Assembly (NCBI GenBank): GCA_016932035.1
Contig: JAFGDR010000031.1
Coordinates: forward strand, 71,399 to 135,398
Source: Candidatus Cloacimonadota bacterium
GTDB taxonomy: Bacteria > Cloacimonadota > Cloacimonadia > JGIOTU-2
Length of the DNA stretch: 64,000 bases
Direction: 5' to 3'
Under the pieces are notes generated by a model, which was given only the letters and a program-made list of their open reading frames with translations, was not told where the DNA came from and did no database searches. A program made the translations under genes and the position numbers. Numbering within the stretch: position 1 is the stretch's first letter; every line of letters starts with the position of its first letter. Shown piece after piece: positions 19,665-31,844 of the stretch.

Positions 19665-20491
19665 GTAAACTTGGAAAAGGTTTGGAAGCTCTGGTTCAAG
19701 TAAATGAAGATGAAAAGACTGGCGTACAGCTGATCCTGATTGAGAATATCTCCTTCAATCCCTACCAACCCAGAAAATCAATCAATAAAAAACAATTACA
19801 GGAACTTGCGGATTCAATAAAGCAAAATGGAATAATTCAACCGATTATCGTTCGACCAGCAGGTAATGAAAAGTATGAACTGATAGCAGGACAGAGAAGA
19901 CTTACTGCTGCACAACTTGCCGGATTTTCACGCGTGCCGGCTATCACACGAACAGCAAAAGATCAGGAATTGCTTGCGCTGGCACTTGTGGAAAATATCC
20001 AAAGAGAAAACCTCAATGCTGTCGATGAAGCAATGGCATATCAACGATTTATTGATGAATTTAAATATACTCACGAAAAAATATCCGAGATCGTTGGAAA
20101 AAGCAGGGTTGCAATTACAAATGCATTACGCATTCTCAGACTTCCGCCCGAAGTGATCGATATGATAAAAGATGATGTGCTTTCTGCCGGCCATGCACGA
20201 GCAATCCTTCAGGTTGATCAATCATTACAAAATAATTTTGCGAAGTATATTGTTAAAAATGAAATTTCTGTTCATAAAGCAGAGGAAATCTCAAAGAAAT
20301 TTGATAAACTCACCAAGGAAAAGAAACCAGCGAAAAGAGACATCCATCTGGTTGCACTCGAACAGGATCTTGAAAAGAGATTTGGCACGAGGGTTAAGAT
20401 CAAAGGGCATAAAAAAGGTAAGTTTGAGATTTATTATCACACCGAGGAAGAATTTGAAAAAATCCTCGAAATGATTATGCATCAAAAATGA
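19661..20491 (+). CDS. parB: Chromosome partitioning protein ParB/Spo0J
   Basis: LGKGL, NPYQPRK, GIIQPIIVR, variant motif AGQRR, ENIQRENL, HTH GKSR, LSAGHARA. Confidence 0.95.
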   Translation: MSKLGKGLEALVQVNEDEKTGVQLILIENISFNPYQPRKSINKKQLQELADSIKQNGIIQPIIVRPAGNEKYELIAGQRRLTAAQLAGFSRVPAITRTAKDQELLALALVENIQRENLNAVDEAMAYQRFIDEFKYTHEKISEIVGKSRVAITNALRILRLPPEVIDMIKDDVLSAGHARAILQVDQSLQNNFAKYIVKNEISVHKAEEISKKFDKLTKEKKPAKRDIHLVALEQDLEKRFGTRVKIKGHKKGKFEIYYHTEEEFEKILEMIMHQK

Positions 20492-21144
20492 AACATAAAA
20501 GAGTTGTTGCATTACTTTCGATTATCATAGCAATCATTGCGGCTTCGTATATTATCGTATCGCTCTACCTTATCAGTGATCTTTCATCGGAAAGCGAAAT
20601 GCTGCGGCAGGAAAAGCAGGGATTGGATCTCAAGGTAAAGCAGCTGGAAGACCTACTAGCATCTAACCAAAAAGAGAGTACAACAACATCCCTTCATTCT
20701 CAACCTGTTAGTGAAATCAAAGTTCATGAAAAAGAACTTGGTGATGCGACAGAAGATTTTGTTAATTTTCAGCAGTACATTCCAAATTTCTGTCCACTCG
20801 CAGACTTTATTCTCACAAAACCCTATTTACCCAAGAAAAACCATTATGGCATTGACCTGGCAGGCAAGATTGGTGAACCGGTGTACGCATCTGCTTCCGG
20901 TGTTGTCGAGATGATTGATCTGGATAATGATGTCTACGGTAAACTATTGACTATAGATCATCTCAACGGCTATGAAACCAGTTATGGTCATAATTCTGAA
21001 ATTATTGTGGAAGAAGGTAAATTTGTTCGTAAGGGTGAAAAGATTGCAGAAGTCGGCAATACTGGAATCAGTTCTGCACCGCATCTGCATTTTGAAATAA
21101 CATATCAAAATAAAAATATCGATCCGGAAACAAAAATAAAATAG
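20488..21144 (+). CDS. M23 family peptidoglycan endopeptidase with an N-terminal TM helix and short coiled coil
   Basis: HYGID (HxxxD), YGHNS, GNTGISSAPHLHFE (HxH). Confidence 0.9.
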   Translation: MKHKRVVALLSIIIAIIAASYIIVSLYLISDLSSESEMLRQEKQGLDLKVKQLEDLLASNQKESTTTSLHSQPVSEIKVHEKELGDATEDFVNFQQYIPNFCPLADFILTKPYLPKKNHYGIDLAGKIGEPVYASASGVVEMIDLDNDVYGKLLTIDHLNGYETSYGHNSEIIVEEGKFVRKGEKIAEVGNTGISSAPHLHFEITYQNKNIDPETKIK

Positions 21145-21157
21145 CGGAGGTTCATTC

Positions 21158-21526
21158 GTGAAAAACGGAGAAAATAATTTAGATACAATTATTGGTGAGC
21201 ACACAACATTTAATGGAGAAATTCATTCCGAGGGTGGTGTTCGTATCGATGGCAGTGTTGAAGGAAAAATAAAATGTGATGGATTTCTGCTGGTCGGAGA
21301 GAAAGCGAATATAAAAGCAGATATTCAGTCGTGCGAAGCGATCATCTCTGGGAAAGTGGAAGGGAATATTACAATTGAAAAGAAATTAGAACTTAAAAGT
21401 TCTGCATATATAAACGGAGACATCATAGCACGTGTTCTTTCCATGGAATCCGGCACGCAGATCTGCGGAAATTGCAGTGTTAAACAGGTTGATGGTCCCA
21501 AAAGCACGAAGAAGTCAAAAGAATAA
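21158..21526 (+). CDS. Bactofilin (polymer-forming cytoskeletal protein)
   Basis: DTIIGEHTTFNGEI, RIDGSVEGKI, ISGKVEGNI, INGDIIARVLSMESG. GTG start. Confidence 0.9.
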   Translation: MKNGENNLDTIIGEHTTFNGEIHSEGGVRIDGSVEGKIKCDGFLLVGEKANIKADIQSCEAIISGKVEGNITIEKKLELKSSAYINGDIIARVLSMESGTQICGNCSVKQVDGPKSTKKSKE

Positions 21527-21529
21527 CCA

Positions 21530-21766
21530 ATGCCGTTGAAAAATAAGGGATATTATAAGGAAGTATTCGAGGGACTCGGCCTTGTGGCGCAACTTGGACT
21601 CACAATGGTTATCAATATTCTCATATTCTTTTTTATCGGACTTTTCATTGATAGAAAATGGCATTTAAAGGGATTCCCGATCATTATTGGTATTTTTTTA
21701 GGCATTGTTACCGGTGCGATGTCCTGCTATCGAATGATAAAAAAAAATGAAAATTCTGACAAGTAG
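21530..21766 (+). CDS. AtpZ/AtpQ-like small two-TM protein
   Basis: GLVAQLGLTMV...GLFIDRKW...GIFLG pattern at the head of the atp operon. Confidence 0.8.
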   Translation: MPLKNKGYYKEVFEGLGLVAQLGLTMVINILIFFFIGLFIDRKWHLKGFPIIIGIFLGIVTGAMSCYRMIKKNENSDK

Positions 21767-22133
21767 CTTCCGCAAATACGTTTATCACATTCTCGGGCTA
21801 ATTTTCTTGACAGAGATTCCGGCACTTTTGCTTATCACAAAAAACTTGAAGCTCTGGCTGGGATATTTTCTAGGCTCGATCCTTTCAGGTTTAAATTTTT
21901 ATTTTCAGGCAAAGGGTGCAGAAAATCGAGTTGGGCTCAGCCCTTCCGGTGCAAAAGTTAGTATTTTCAAGAATTTCTATATCAGGTACCTGACACTTCT
22001 CGTATTTGTGGTCGTTCTTGTAAAATTTCTTAAGGTCAATATATTTTCACTTCTTGCCGGCTTACTCATAGCTCCCATCATCGTACTCGTCGATGGAATT
22101 TTTGCCGGGAAAAATAATCAAATATCAGAATAA
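21747..22133 (+). CDS. atpI: ATP synthase protein I
   Basis: Four TM helices, YIRYL motif, immediately before atpB. Confidence 0.75.
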   Translation: MKILTSSFRKYVYHILGLIFLTEIPALLLITKNLKLWLGYFLGSILSGLNFYFQAKGAENRVGLSPSGAKVSIFKNFYIRYLTLLVFVVVLVKFLKVNIFSLLAGLLIAPIIVLVDGIFAGKNNQISE

Positions 22134-22144
22134 ACGCAAAGTAC

Positions 22145-22975
22145 ATGAAAAAAAAGTCCAAGAAATTATTGGTAATCGTTCTCACAATACTCATTATTGA
22201 GGGGCTTATTTCGGTTGGGCTAAATTACCAGCTTCAAATTGGATTCGATGAAGGGAAGCTTATCATTCGAAATGTTGCGACCGATCTTTCCATACAGGAT
22301 AGGATAACGCACGAATTTCAGCACTATCATATGGTAAAGTTGTTTGGGAAATTCATGATCAACTGGAGTGTTCTTCGCGTCATCCTTTTCGTCGATCTTT
22401 TTTTGATACTTTTTGCTATTCTTGTAAGAAGAAAAATGTCTCTCATCCCTGGTAAACTGCAAATTATAGCTGAAATGATCTACTCATTTTTCTATAGTCT
22501 TGTCGTTGAAACGATTGGGGAAAAGAAGAAATATTTCACACCGTATATTTTTACAATTTTTATATTTATCTGGCTTTGTAATATCATCGGTTTGATCCCG
22601 ATACCAGGTAATCTTGAGCCGACAAGAAATCTCAATGTTCCGCTTGGAATGGGAATCATGGCTTTGAGTGTTGTTCATTTTTCTGCAATAAAAGCAAAGG
22701 GACTTGGACGTTATCTAAAGGAATACACCGAACCGCTTCCTTTCATGACACCCCTGAATGTTGTTAGTGAACTTTCAAATGTTATTTCTCTCTCCTTCCG
22801 TCTTTTTGGAAACATACTGGGAGGAGCAATTATCATCTTGGTCGTTTCAAATCTGACACGATATATCCTTATACCGGTTGGCTTGAATTTATTCTTCGGT
22901 TTGTTCATCGGAACAGTACAGGCATTCGTCTTCACGATGCTTATACTGTCATATACCGCAGTAGCGATAAAATAA
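22145..22975 (+). CDS. atpB: F0 subunit a
   Basis: PGKLQ, NIIGLIP, PTRNLN, SLSFRLFGNI (essential Arg), GTVQAFVF. Has an extra N-terminal hydrophobic segment. Confidence 0.95.
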   Translation: MKKKSKKLLVIVLTILIIEGLISVGLNYQLQIGFDEGKLIIRNVATDLSIQDRITHEFQHYHMVKLFGKFMINWSVLRVILFVDLFLILFAILVRRKMSLIPGKLQIIAEMIYSFFYSLVVETIGEKKKYFTPYIFTIFIFIWLCNIIGLIPIPGNLEPTRNLNVPLGMGIMALSVVHFSAIKAKGLGRYLKEYTEPLPFMTPLNVVSELSNVISLSFRLFGNILGGAIIILVVSNLTRYILIPVGLNLFFGLFIGTVQAFVFTMLILSYTAVAIK

Positions 22976-22978
22976 ATT

Positions 22979-23710
22979 ATGTTTGATACAGTAAGCTTGA
23001 TACATGTTGCAGCATATATAGGTGCCGGACTCGCCGTGGGCATCTCATCCATCGGAGCAGGTGTTGGTGAGGGTTATATTGCCGGCAATGCTAATTATGC
23101 TATGATGAAACAGCCCAAGTCAAATGATGTGCTTCTACGCACAATGCTCATTGCCCAAGCAATAACTGAGACAGGAGCCATTTTCGCTCTCGTTATTGCT
23201 ATGCTCCTTCTTTTTGGGGGTTCCATTGTTCCTGATGCAGGATGGCAGAGAATAGCATCACTCTTTGGTGCAGGGCTTGTCATGGGAGCTGGATGCCTGG
23301 GAACGGGGCTTGGTATTGGTTATGCAGGAGGGCAGGCATGCCAGGGCATTGGCAGACAACCCAGAGAAGCAAAGACCTTAACAGCAAATATGCTTATTGG
23401 ACAGGCATTGTCAGAAACCTCAGCCATCTTTGCCCTTGTTATTGCCATGCTTCTTTTATATTCAACACCGGACGGAAACAGTGTGGTCAAATCTTTTGCA
23501 TTTATCGGTGCGGCATTTGCAATGGGATTCGGCACGTTCGGTCCAGGATTTGGAATCGGTATCGTTGCAGGAAAAACGGTTGATGGGATCAGCAGATTCC
23601 CCAAACAGTCCTCAGTTCTTCTTCGAACCATGTTCGTAGGTGCAGCGGTATCAGAATCAACATCAATATATGCATTAGTTATTGCATTTTTATTATTATT
23701 CGTAACGTAA
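22979..23710 (+). CDS. atpE: Triplicated F0 c subunit (three fused hairpins)
   Basis: Three c-type repeats, each with a GxGxGxG helix, a polar loop (KQP/RQP/RFP) and an acidic residue: E64 (QAITETG), E146 (QALSETS), E226 (AAVSESTSIY). Confidence 0.9.
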   Translation: MFDTVSLIHVAAYIGAGLAVGISSIGAGVGEGYIAGNANYAMMKQPKSNDVLLRTMLIAQAITETGAIFALVIAMLLLFGGSIVPDAGWQRIASLFGAGLVMGAGCLGTGLGIGYAGGQACQGIGRQPREAKTLTANMLIGQALSETSAIFALVIAMLLLYSTPDGNSVVKSFAFIGAAFAMGFGTFGPGFGIGIVAGKTVDGISRFPKQSSVLLRTMFVGAAVSESTSIYALVIAFLLLFVT

Positions 23711-23730
23711 TTTGATCCTTAGGAGGATAC

Positions 23731-23970
23731 ATGGAAAGTGAAATCATTAGAGCAGCAGCTTTGTTAGGTGCCGGCATTTGTATGGGATTCGGTGCTATCG
23801 GACCTGGAATCGGTGAAGGATTCACCGCAGGAAAAGCTTGTGAAGGTATTGCACGCTCTCCTGAAAACGCAGGATTACTCACAAGAACAATGCTTGTTGG
23901 CCAGGCAGTATCGGAATCTACCGGTATCTACTCGCTCGTTATATCCCTGTTGCTTATTTTCGCAGTGTAA
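23731..23970 (+). CDS. atpE: F0 c subunit with Na+-binding signature
   Basis: GPGIGEG (E29), RSPE loop, QAVSESTGIY (E62, S63, T64, Y67), matching the Na+ ligand pattern of Na+-type c rings. Confidence 0.95.
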   Translation: MESEIIRAAALLGAGICMGFGAIGPGIGEGFTAGKACEGIARSPENAGLLTRTMLVGQAVSESTGIYSLVISLLLIFAV

Positions 23971-24024
23971 GCGCTCCTGATATATAGGGATGGAATCCCG
24001 AAACGTCGGAAAGGAGTCTTAAGT

Positions 24025-24522
24025 ATGGTTAATATCGATTATACGCTTATTCTGGTAATTGTAAATTTTATAATTTTACTGATTATCCTAAAAAAGCTCT
24101 TGTATAAGCCGCTTATGGATTTTATTCGGAAGAGAGAGTCGCAGATCAAGGAAGATCTCGAAAGCGCGCAAAAGCATAAAGAATCATCAGAAAAAATATT
24201 GGAAGAACAAAAGAAATTACTCAGAAAAGCAAAAGAAGAAGCGCGTGATATTCGTGACGAAGCTATCAAGCTTTCGAAGATTCAAAGTGAAGAGATTCTT
24301 CATGATGCAGAAGCTCAGCGAGATGTGATCATTGGCGAAGCCCAGGAGATGATCAACGTCGAAGTTATCAAGGCGAAAGAAAGCATACAAAAAGAAATCG
24401 GTGAGTTTGTCGTTGACCTGACTGACAGGATAATCGGAAAGAAACTGACCGAAGATGAAGACCTAAAACTCATCGATGAGATGATCAAGAAGGAAAGCAA
24501 AAAGGAGTCGTCCGTTGATTAG
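24025..24522 (+). CDS. atpF: F0 subunit b
   Basis: N-terminal TM helix, LYKPL...RE..I, long coiled coil, operon position. Confidence 0.93.
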   Translation: MVNIDYTLILVIVNFIILLIILKKLLYKPLMDFIRKRESQIKEDLESAQKHKESSEKILEEQKKLLRKAKEEARDIRDEAIKLSKIQSEEILHDAEAQRDVIIGEAQEMINVEVIKAKESIQKEIGEFVVDLTDRIIGKKLTEDEDLKLIDEMIKKESKKESSVD

Positions 24523-25045
24523 AAATATCATCGCTCGGCGCTATTCAAAAGCTCTTCTTGAAGTTATTGAAGATAGTGATTTACCTCGTCTCGAAAATGA
24601 ATTGCTTGCTTTACAGACAATCCTCAAAGATAACCTAGAAATCGAAAAGTTTTTTATTTCACCGATTGTCGAAGATAGTCATAAAAAGGAGATTGTAGAG
24701 CTTCTTATGAAAGAACTTCGGGCACAGGATGTCATAAAGAATTTCCTGAATGTACTTATCGATAAAGAGCGGATTTTTTTCATTGCTGATATACTCAATG
24801 AACTCCTTGCTTCTATCCACAAAAGACTCGGGATCTATGATTTTGATCTTGTCACCGCGCATGAGATAGATGAAAATACTTTTCAAAAAATAAAGAAATT
24901 TGTTGCAAAATACGTTGATGGAGAGGTGCTTTTCAACCATAAGATAAATCCGAATATAAAGGGTGGATTTCTTGCTTATAATGACGAAATGGCGATCAAT
25001 GCATCCATCAGAAACAACCTCGATGAGTTGAAGAGGAAATTTTAA
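24515..25045 (+). CDS. atpH: F1 subunit delta
   Basis: [24 protein letters not shown], operon position. TTG start. Confidence 0.92.
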   Translation: MIRNIIARRYSKALLEVIEDSDLPRLENELLALQTILKDNLEIEKFFISPIVEDSHKKEIVELLMKELRAQDVIKNFLNVLIDKERIFFIADILNELLASIHKRLGIYDFDLVTAHEIDENTFQKIKKFVAKYVDGEVLFNHKINPNIKGGFLAYNDEMAINASIRNNLDELKRKF

Positions 25046-25071
25046 TATATGAAGCAGATCATTTTAGGAGT

Positions 25072-26763
25072 ATGATGAAAATACAACCTGATGAAATTAG
25101 TAGAATAATCAAAGAAAAGATAGAGAAATATAATTATAAGGTCGATATAGACGAAGTCGGCAGAGTTATCGAAGTTGGTGATGGCATTGCTCGTGTGTAT
25201 GGTCTACAGGATATCATGGCTTCTGAGCTCGTTCTTTTTAATAATGAAATATACGGCATGGCATTGAACCTCGAAGAGGATAATATCGGATGTATTATTC
25301 TTGGGGAAAGTGAATCCATCAAAGAAGGCGATATTGTTAAAAGAACAAAGAAGATCGTTCAGGTTCCTGTTGGTGAAGCTATGTTGGGACGTGTGGTCAA
25401 TCCTCTTGGAATACCTCTTGATGGTAAAGAACCGATAGAGTCAAAATTAAGCTTGCCGATCGAAAGAAAAGCTCTTGGTGTTGTAGCACGACAACCGGTG
25501 ATCGAACCCCTTCAGTCCGGCTTAAAAGCAATTGACTCGATGATCCCTATTGGAAGAGGGCAGAGAGAACTCATTATTGGCGACCGCCAGACAGGAAAGA
25601 CAGCACTCGCAGTCGATACGATCATCAACCAGAAAGATACTGATGTATATTGTATCTATGTGGCAATCGGCCAGAAAAGATCCTCGGTTGCAAAAGTCGT
25701 TGAAGCATTGCGCGAGCGCGGAGCTCTCGATTATACGATCATTGTATCTGCCACAGCATCAGATCCTGCAGCAATTCAATATATCGCGCCTTATTCAGGT
25801 GTAACAATGGGAGAATATTTCCGTGACAGGGGAAAACATGTCCTCGTTATCTATGATGATCTCTCAAAGCACGCTGTTGCATATCGACAGATTTCGCTTC
25901 TCTTGAGAAGACCTCCGGGTAGAGAAGCGTATCCCGGCGATGTGTTCTATCTGCATTCAAGACTTCTCGAAAGAGCTTCAAAGCTGGAAGAAGTCTATAT
26001 CATTATTCCTAAAGAAAAAGAGCATGCAAAAGAGGGAGTGAATAAAAAAGAATATCGTAAGCATATCAAATCAAGTGCTAAAGAGCTTGAAAAAGACCTT
26101 AAGGAACTCGGTGTTGAAAAATGTAAACCGTATAAACTTCCCGAAACCGGTGGTTCACTTACAGCACTTCCCATCATCGAAACCCAGGCAAGCGATATAT
26201 CAGCTTATATTCCTACAAACGTGATCTCAATCACAGACGGACAGATATATCTTGAATCAAAGCTCTTCTTCTCCGGTGTACGACCGGCCATCAATGCCGG
26301 ACTCTCGGTATCCCGTGTTGGCGGTAAAGCACAGATCAAGGCAATGAGACAGGTGGCAGGACGTCTTCGTATCGAGCTTGCACAGTTCAGAGAACTCGAA
26401 GCGTTTGCGAAATTCGGTGCAGAACTCGATAAGGATACACAGGATCAGCTTAACCGTGGATATCGATATGTTGAGATCCTCAAGCAGGGACAGTACAAAC
26501 CCATACCTGTTGCAAAGCAGATCGCTATCATCTTCATGGGTTATGAAGGATATCTCGATGACCTTCCCGTTGATATTATTCAGGATGTTCAGGCAGAGCT
26601 TTTTGAAGTACTCGATAAAGATTATAAGAAACTGCAAGAGAAATTGATTGAGCCGAAAGGTGTGACTGAAGAAATCGAAAAACAGCTGCATGAAGTTTCG
26701 AAAAAGGTAAAATCCGTTTTTGAACACCAAGTCATTGTCGAGGAAGTTGAAGAGGAAGCATAA
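25072..26763 (+). CDS. atpA: F1 subunit alpha with a large insertion
   Basis: [53 protein letters not shown]. Confidence 0.98.
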   Translation: MMKIQPDEISRIIKEKIEKYNYKVDIDEVGRVIEVGDGIARVYGLQDIMASELVLFNNEIYGMALNLEEDNIGCIILGESESIKEGDIVKRTKKIVQVPVGEAMLGRVVNPLGIPLDGKEPIESKLSLPIERKALGVVARQPVIEPLQSGLKAIDSMIPIGRGQRELIIGDRQTGKTALAVDTIINQKDTDVYCIYVAIGQKRSSVAKVVEALRERGALDYTIIVSATASDPAAIQYIAPYSGVTMGEYFRDRGKHVLVIYDDLSKHAVAYRQISLLLRRPPGREAYPGDVFYLHSRLLERASKLEEVYIIIPKEKEHAKEGVNKKEYRKHIKSSAKELEKDLKELGVEKCKPYKLPETGGSLTALPIIETQASDISAYIPTNVISITDGQIYLESKLFFSGVRPAINAGLSVSRVGGKAQIKAMRQVAGRLRIELAQFRELEAFAKFGAELDKDTQDQLNRGYRYVEILKQGQYKPIPVAKQIAIIFMGYEGYLDDLPVDIIQDVQAELFEVLDKDYKKLQEKLIEPKGVTEEIEKQLHEVSKKVKSVFEHQVIVEEVEEEA

Positions 26764-26773
26764 ACGGTAGATC

Positions 26774-29158
<2,385 letters not shown>

Positions 29159-29159
<1 letters not shown>

Positions 29160-29578
29160 TGGCAGATAATTCAACTTTGATCCATATAAAGATCATTACA
29201 CCAAAAGGTGTTTTTTTCGAAGATGATGTCAGCGAGATCGTTGCACCTGGCACCGAAGGAGATTTCGGCGTGCAGTTAGGACATACTCCCTTTATCTCAT
29301 CCGTTCGACCTGGCATCTTAAAGATATATAAAAATGATAAACCCGACATCTATACTCTTATGAATGGTTTCGTGATGGTTGATGTTGATAAAATCAGGAT
29401 CTTTACAGAGATCATTGAGCATCCTGAGGAGATCGATCTTAAACGAGCTGAGAAAGCAAAAGCAAGAGCTGAAAAAAGATTGCAGGAAAAGAAGGAAGAA
29501 ACGGATCTTCGTCGTGCTGAAGCTGCATTGAGAAGAGCTGTAGCTCGAATTAGCCTGCATGACACAGGATTCCATTAA
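29159..29578 (+). CDS. atpC: F1 subunit epsilon
   Basis: IITPKG, PGTEGDFGV..GHTP, IDLKRAEKAKARAE, ALRRAVAR. Confidence 0.96.
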
Positions 29579-29605
29579 TTGATTTCTTTGACGGAGAATA
29601 AAACG

Positions 29606-29637
29606 ATAGCTATATATGCATATATAGCTATTTTTTT
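29606..29637 (+). terminator. Intrinsic terminator of the atp operon
   Basis: Perfect 26-bp palindrome ATAGCTATATATGCATATATAGCTAT followed by a T run, 28 bp after the atpC stop. Confidence 0.75.
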
Positions 29638-29650
29638 ATAGGCGGAACAG

Positions 29651-30943
29651 GTGAAAGGTGTATTGAAAACAGGATTATTACTTCTGTTTGTTTTATGTGT
29701 TATTGTAATTGATACGAGCGCAGAGATAACAGATGATTCGCCCTTTCTTAAACATAAAGTGAAATACGGGGAAAATCTTTTTAAAATTGCGAGACACTAC
29801 ATCGACCAATCGCCAACAATGTTTCTCAATGAATTCGTAGAACAAATAAAAGACGCGAATGGTATTTCGGATTCGAACATCATCCATATCGGTCAGATAC
29901 TTTTAATACCTATACAGGAAACCGAGATACTGAAAGGGGAGGTATTGCATCATGATTCGCTGTGCGGCATTTACCTGAACACCTATTCGCTTACCGAGAA
30001 GAATCTTAAACATATCCTTAATCAGTACGATTCTATGAGATGCAATGCGCTGGTGGTTGATTTTTCAAATGTTACAGGTACACTTTTCTATCTATCGCAG
30101 AACAGAATTGCACAAGAAAATCATCTTACCATACCTATCATCAGCAATCCTGCGAAACTTGCAGACCTTCTCCATACACATGACATTGAACTCATCGCGC
30201 GGCTCACCATGTTCAAAGATACGACCTTAGCATACAGCTACCCACAGTGGAGACCGGTCATTATTCCTGATTCAACGGACACACTTTTATCTGATAGAAA
30301 ATTTGAGGAACACTGGCTCAATCCGTATAATAAAGAAGTCCAAAAATACAAGCTTGATATTATCAAAGAGGTTATTTCTCTTGGTGTTGATGAGATACAA
30401 CTCGATTATGTGCGCTTCCCAACAGAAGGGCACCTGCTCGATGCCGATTTCGGGATCCCGGATTCCCTGACAAAATCCGATGTCATTACAGATTTTATAC
30501 GGCATGTATCAGAAATAACTCATGAAGCAGGAGTAACGCTCAGCGCTGATATCTTCGGCATTGTTGCACTCCAGCATCCGGAAGATGTTCAAAACACAGG
30601 ACAGGATATCAGGGAGATTATGCCGTATATGGACCGCATTCACCCGATGATCTATCCCTCGCATTTCTATGGTGAATTCTGGGGCAAAGCATATCCAGGT
30701 AAAGAACCATATTATTTCATCTATAGAATGTGCAGCGTTCTACAGGAAGAAATTGAGAACGACAAAAAGATCATACCCTATCTGGAATCTTTCTCTCTAT
30801 ACAATAATACCGTTGATTCATACACTATTTCAGTGCAGATACAGGCTGTCATAGATTCTGGATTACGTTCAGGTTATCTTTTCTGGAATGCCGGAAGGAA
30901 TTATGATGCAACGTGGGAAGCGCTGGAAGAATTTAGGAAGTGA
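29651..30943 (+). CDS. Exported LysM-domain protein with a putative glycoside hydrolase TIM barrel (DUF4015-like)
   Basis: Signal peptide, LysM (HKVKYGENLFKIA...NGI...IHIGQILLIP), IARLTMFKD, WLNPYN, GVDEIQLDYVRFP, PMIYPSH. Confidence 0.75.
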   Translation: MKGVLKTGLLLLFVLCVIVIDTSAEITDDSPFLKHKVKYGENLFKIARHYIDQSPTMFLNEFVEQIKDANGISDSNIIHIGQILLIPIQETEILKGEVLHHDSLCGIYLNTYSLTEKNLKHILNQYDSMRCNALVVDFSNVTGTLFYLSQNRIAQENHLTIPIISNPAKLADLLHTHDIELIARLTMFKDTTLAYSYPQWRPVIIPDSTDTLLSDRKFEEHWLNPYNKEVQKYKLDIIKEVISLGVDEIQLDYVRFPTEGHLLDADFGIPDSLTKSDVITDFIRHVSEITHEAGVTLSADIFGIVALQHPEDVQNTGQDIREIMPYMDRIHPMIYPSHFYGEFWGKAYPGKEPYYFIYRMCSVLQEEIENDKKIIPYLESFSLYNNTVDSYTISVQIQAVIDSGLRSGYLFWNAGRNYDATWEALEEFRK

Positions 30944-30991
30944 ACATTCATTTATCTTGACCTGTAACAGATAAAAATTTTCATTCATATC

Positions 30992-31543
30992 ATGAAATTA
31001 GCACACAAACCAATCTTGATGTTACTTTGCCCGATAATTATCCTGGTAGCACTTCTTTCATGTGCTACTCAGCATGGTTACCAGAACCGAACATCAAATG
31101 GAAAATATATCGATGTCTTTCCTCTATCCGAAAATGCCACACAGTACTTTGTTCATCCTATAGAATGGAAGATCAAGGAGATGAGCATCGGGATCGATTT
31201 CACAATACGCACACACAGGGCACCTCAGCCGAACGACCCTGTTACATTTTGCTACACACTCGTTAAAGAAACCCCTTTCCTGACCGATCCATTTATTTCC
31301 TTTATCATCGATGACACCACAGCAGTTACCCCTTCGATGATAGAATCTCTCGCAACAGATGATAATAGTAGATATGTACGTTATTCGAGCCAGATCGTCT
31401 ATTACGACTTTTTAAAGATGCTTTGGGCAAAACGCATCGATATGATCATCCTCGTTGGAATGGATGACTTACGCATCAAGATGCCAAAAGAATTTTTCAA
31501 GGCAGCCAAAGAATTGCAGCAAATGCTTCAAACAAAGATGTAA
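30992..31543 (+). CDS. Hypothetical lipoprotein
   Basis: Hydrophobic leader ending LLSC (lipobox-like); no family recognised. Confidence 0.6.
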   Translation: MKLAHKPILMLLCPIIILVALLSCATQHGYQNRTSNGKYIDVFPLSENATQYFVHPIEWKIKEMSIGIDFTIRTHRAPQPNDPVTFCYTLVKETPFLTDPFISFIIDDTTAVTPSMIESLATDDNSRYVRYSSQIVYYDFLKMLWAKRIDMIILVGMDDLRIKMPKEFFKAAKELQQMLQTKM

Positions 31544-31549
31544 GATATA

Positions 31550-31726
31550 ATGAAGAACGTTTTTAGTATTCTGATTTTCATGGCAGCAGGTCTTCTCGCG
31601 GGGTTCATTGTCAGCAAGCTTTTGCTTGGACCAGATTGGCAAGATGCCTTTGCCAGTCCTGCAGTTATTGGCGCTGTGATCGGAACAGCGATCGGTTTGC
31701 AAAGGAACAGGAAGAAAAAGAAATAG
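31550..31726 (+). CDS. Small two-TM membrane protein (58 aa, below the ORF-track cutoff)
   Basis: Hand translation MKNVFSILIFMAAGLLAGFIVSKLLLGPDWQDAFASPAVIGAVIGTAIGLQRNRKKKK*. It fills the gap in the plus-strand gene run and ends in a basic tail. Confidence 0.65.
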   Translation: MKNVFSILIFMAAGLLAGFIVSKLLLGPDWQDAFASPAVIGAVIGTAIGLQRNRKKKK

Positions 31727-31844
31727 GATTAACAAGTAAATTCATTTATGAGATAAATCTGATTATTATAATTATCAAATTTTCTTGACGAACGAATATA
31801 CTTTTCAGCGATAATTCAGACCATTAATATTCATTAAGGAGACC

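Noticed and set aside
23971-24024. Small hairpins between atpE and atpF
   Set aside because: The stems are short and imperfect with no U-tract. They could affect mRNA stability, but the sequence alone does not support a call.
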